Source: a virus
Lineage: Duplodnaviria > Caudoviricetes
Reading direction: 5' to 3' (one strand)
Length of the DNA: 26,969 bases
IMG/VR virus record: IMGVR_UViG_3300016667_000104
Span: 1 to 26,969 of that record
Part shown: positions 24,561-26,969 of the stretch, one piece after another
How the letters are laid out: every line of letters begins with the position of its first letter
How positions within the stretch are numbered: the stretch's first letter is position 1
Notes under the pieces: model-generated
What the model saw: the letters and a program-made list of their open reading frames with translations, nothing else
Database searches by the model: none
What the model was told of the DNA's origin: nothing
Program-made: the position numbers and the translations under genes

Positions 24561-24709
24561 TGCCAATTACTCCTCTCACGGTGAGACTTACGGTCCCACT
24601 CACGCTGTAACCACTCTAGATGGACGCGATCAGTCGCTTGACAAAGATAATCATACATAAGCTCTTGTTCAGTCTTTCGACCGAATAGTCTTTTTAACAG
24701 TTTGGTCAT
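24557..24709 (-). CDS. 50-aa DUF3563-like small protein (MTKLLKRLFG...YLCQATDRVHLEWLQREWDR), missing from the ORF track
   Basis: Hand translation. TAATG coupling to the hsp20 stop; YL.QATD...LE...R pattern. Confidence 0.65.
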   Translation of the reverse strand: MTKLLKRLFGRKTEQELMYDYLCQATDRVHLEWLQREWDRKSHRERSNWQ

Positions 24710-25227
24710 TACTTATCCAATCTGTCTTCTAGATACTCTTTGGTACCCTTGTTCTCGGTGAGAAGCTGCTTCTCAGCTTTCACTTCAGGCTCACCGATGT
24801 TAATCTTCTTAGCCTTTTTCTCTTCAGGAATGAAACGTTCAAGCCAAATCTTGAGAAGACCGTTGACAAGATCAGCATTCTTGATTTCAACAGTATCAGC
24901 AAGAGTGAACTGGCGAGTGAATGCGCGTTCAGCAATACCCTTGTATAGGTATTCTCCATCGTCGGCTGAGATGTTACCCTTGACGGTCAGCTTACCGTCT
25001 TCAAGCTCTAGCTCTAGATCCTGCTTACCAAATCCAGCAACGGCCATCTCAATGACATAGGTATTATCACCGGTCTTCTTGATGTTGTATGGCGGATAGG
25101 TTGGGATCTTAGGCATAGTCTCAGCAATTTCGGCCATCTTTTTGAAGATTGGCTCGAATCCAACAGTGGTGTTGAACTGCTTAGGGAAAGAGGAAAAGGT
25201 GAAGGGTTCGAAAAATGACTTGTTCAT
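24709..25227 (-). CDS. hsp20: Small heat shock protein Hsp20 (IbpA-like)
   Basis: YPPYNI, Y.IEMAVAGF, YLYKGIAERAF.R.F.LA, A.L.NGLL.I.L...PEEKK. Start MNKS at 25227 after GGAG. Confidence 0.95.
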   Translation of the reverse strand: MNKSFFEPFTFSSFPKQFNTTVGFEPIFKKMAEIAETMPKIPTYPPYNIKKTGDNTYVIEMAVAGFGKQDLELELEDGKLTVKGNISADDGEYLYKGIAERAFTRQFTLADTVEIKNADLVNGLLKIWLERFIPEEKKAKKINIGEPEVKAEKQLLTENKGTKEYLEDRLDK

Positions 25228-25231
25228 ATGT

Positions 25232-25250
25232 AACTCCATTTATGCAAGTT
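25232..25250 (-). promoter_or_regulatory. ROSE-like RNA thermometer hairpin covering the hsp20 SD
   Basis: AACUU-G(bulge)-CA-UAAA-UG-GAGUU, in which UUGC pairs with GGAG around a bulged G. Confidence 0.6.
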
Positions 25251-25288
25251 ATTAGTTTGTTCGTCTTCCCATTAGGCGAAGACATTCG

Positions 25289-25296
25289 TATTTATA
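25289..25296 (-). promoter_or_regulatory. T4 late promoter (TATAAATA) upstream of hsp20
   Basis: Exact gp55 consensus in the PAAR-hsp20 gap. Confidence 0.75.
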
Positions 25297-25301
25297 AACC
25301 C

Positions 25302-25664
25302 TCAGGCTTGAGGGCTTCCGTCGAAAACTGTAGGCATACCAGTACCAATTGGATGATTACAGTCTAGTACGTAGAAGTCGCCCTTGCGGGCTAGTCTTTT
25401 GCCCTCCACAGATACATGTGCAGAGCAAATAACCATAGGTGGATGATGAGACGCACATCCACACACAGGCGCGGGATGTGGTGTCATCTTGTCGCCCTCG
25501 CGGACAACTCCAATACCACCTACGGTAACTGTTGACGATCCTTCTTCAGTGTGTTGAATTGTAGGAGAATCGCAGATAAATTTATCATCATCGCAAGGTG
25601 TTCCTGGGGAACCATCCGGTGCATTCACAATATCAACACCAGCCATTCTTGCTACTTCAGGCAT
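25302..25664 (-). CDS. PAAR-repeat tail spike tip protein (T4 gp5.4-like)
   Basis: MPEVAR, GSSTV.VGG.GVVREGD...H, H, V.VEGK..ARKGD, H.I.TG...VF.G. Confidence 0.85.
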   Translation of the reverse strand: MPEVARMAGVDIVNAPDGSPGTPCDDDKFICDSPTIQHTEEGSSTVTVGGIGVVREGDKMTPHPAPVCGCASHHPPMVICSAHVSVEGKRLARKGDFYVLDCNHPIGTGMPTVFDGSPQA

Positions 25665-26305
25665 TAAGCTACCTTTCTTGGTCTTCCTCTGCCGCGCTTG
25701 ACAGGCTGTTCAGCAGGCTTTGTCTCTTCTACTGTAACAACAGGCTTTAAGCCGTCAGTGGTGTAGTTCAAAATTTCAACTTGAACGCCGGTTGAACCCA
25801 TGCCGCCGACACGTTCTGATTTGATTAGAGGACGATCAGTCGTCTCCCATAGCACATACTCTTCCTTCTTCACAAGTTCACCCTGTGCAAGGCGATCACC
25901 AGATGTGATCATATGAGCATTGTCAGATGCATTATGGATCAAAAGGAAAAGCTCTTCAACATAATCAGAATCAATGATTCCCTGTGAGTTGATAAGCACA
26001 AGTCCCTTCTTGAGTGCTGTACCCGAGCGGGCGTGGACGCGCACGGAGTAACCTTCTGGAATATCAAAGATCATACCAGTTGGTACTAGAACTCGGTCGC
26101 CGGGATTAATGTAGATTTGATTGCCGTTGTGTAGTACGCGGGTGAACTCCTTGTTCTGAGAGTTATAACCCTTATAGTCATACTTACCGGCTGATTGGAA
26201 AGCCAAATCGAAACAAGCTGAACCCTTTGTTGCAAACTTAGGTAATGAAATGTTTCTATGTGTCTTGTAAACGTTTAGTCTGTTCATGATATACTCCGCT
26301 GTCAT
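25664..26305 (-). CDS. dut: Trimeric dUTPase with a C-terminal AT-hook tail
   Basis: Motifs SACFDL, ARSG, GIIDSDY, GDRLAQ, R.GGMGSTG; tail KRGRGRPRK. Confidence 0.92.
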   Translation of the reverse strand: MTAEYIMNRLNVYKTHRNISLPKFATKGSACFDLAFQSAGKYDYKGYNSQNKEFTRVLHNGNQIYINPGDRVLVPTGMIFDIPEGYSVRVHARSGTALKKGLVLINSQGIIDSDYVEELFLLIHNASDNAHMITSGDRLAQGELVKKEEYVLWETTDRPLIKSERVGGMGSTGVQVEILNYTTDGLKPVVTVEETKPAEQPVKRGRGRPRKVA

Positions 26306-26306
26306 T

Positions 26307-26969
26307 TTATATAGAATTTGAAATTAGGTAGCCTTCAATCTGCCCACCGATCTGTGATGATGCTGAGGCTTGACACTGCCACTGTATGTCAGTCTTTTCC
26401 GCATATGGTCTAGCAACCACTTTAACAGAATTGTATGACGTTGTAAATGGAAACTGCAAAACTTTTGTTGTTAGTCCAGATGGATTCTGAGTATATGAAC
26501 GATAGTTTGCATACTGGTTTCCATTTTGGTTGGTATAGAAATTTGACTGAGTTAGATAGAACGTATATCCAGCTGGAACTGTATACAATGTCATCTGACT
26601 TCTGCCTGCACCATCATTGATAGCTGCAAGAGTTATGGTCTTATCTGAGCTACCAACTCTAACAGTTCCAAGAGCATTCACGGAACCGGTCGTAGATAGA
26701 CTATTAACTCTCAGAAACGTCTTGGTTGAAAGAACTCCGGTCGCACCGTTTGTCAGCACCACAGTTTCGGTTATTGGTAGATAATCAGTATCTAGACCAG
26801 AAATCAAAACAGATACGTTTGTATCTGAGGCACTGCTGCTCCAAACCCTAACAACCTGCGCCGCGTTAAAATAAGTATAGGCGCCGCCAATATCCCAGAG
26901 TGGCTGCCAGTTGGTATCTACTGTTGCAAAATATCCTGAGATGCTAAGACCTGTTATACCTGGGATCTT
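26307..26969 (-). CDS. Conserved phage protein, 5'-truncated by the window; possibly virion-associated (inference)
   Basis: The frame stays open to the window end (KIPGITGLSISGY...SSSASDT...ISGLD..Y....ETV.L...FLRVN...YTVPAGYT), so it is longer than the ORF-track call. Confidence 0.7.
   Translation of the reverse strand, partial: KIPGITGLSISGYFATVDTNWQPLWDIGGAYTYFNAAQVVRVWSSSASDTNVSVLISGLDTDYLPITETVVLTNGATGVLSTKTFLRVNSLSTTGSVNALGTVRVGSSDKTITLAAINDGAGRSQMTLYTVPAGYTFYLTQSNFYTNQNGNQYANYRSYTQNPSGLTTKVLQFPFTTSYNSVKVVARPYAEKTDIQWQCQASASSQIGGQIEGYLISNSI

Noticed and set aside
24467-24720. Pho box upstream of pstS
   Set aside because: No convincing 11-bp-spaced CTGTCAT tandem repeat was found by eye. 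There is only a single TTGTCAA inside the small ORF.
43-25060. The many plus-strand ORFs in the track (e.g. 2083-2538, 16306-16842, 18266-18889)
   Set aside because: They are antisense shadows of well-supported minus-strand genes, with no recognisable motifs or RBS. The minus strand is already tiled almost without gaps.
1-26969. Stop-codon reassignment
   Set aside because: Genes are full length under the standard code, and TAA, TGA and TAG all occur as apparent true stops.

Overview
This window is part of a T4-like (large myovirus) phage genome, and every credible gene lies on the minus strand. The host is probably an alphaproteobacterium: promoters are CTTGAC/CTTGAA-N16-17-CTATAT-like and the PstS and Hsp20 are alpha-type (inference). 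In transcription order (right to left) it holds a truncated conserved phage protein, dUTPase, a PAAR spike tip, Hsp20, two tiny ORFs and pstS. Next is a ~9 kb, 11-gene glycan-building operon (GT2, several putative GT-A proteins, GDP-mannose 3,5-epimerase, a GT10 fucosyltransferase-family enzyme, NDP-glucose 4,6-dehydratase, a sugar C-methyltransferase and two paralogous O-methyltransferase-like genes), followed by a eukaryote-type phosphomannomutase. Then come the replication core (Sm-like protein, gp43 polymerase, an adenine MTase, a ManC-type cupin, a nuclease-less NUMOD3 ORF, uvsX, gp40, gp41 helicase) and a run of small early ORFs under duplicated promoter cassettes. The strongest candidate for an undescribed system is the phage-encoded nucleotide-sugar and glycosylation island, which may make an L-galactose and C-/O-methylated deoxysugar glycan. 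Non-coding signals include a ROSE-like thermometer on hsp20, a uORF plus terminator in front of pstS, LysR-like and IHF boxes at leaderless early promoters, and a structured leader on the NUMOD3 ORF. All family calls come from motif recognition by eye; no database searches were run.
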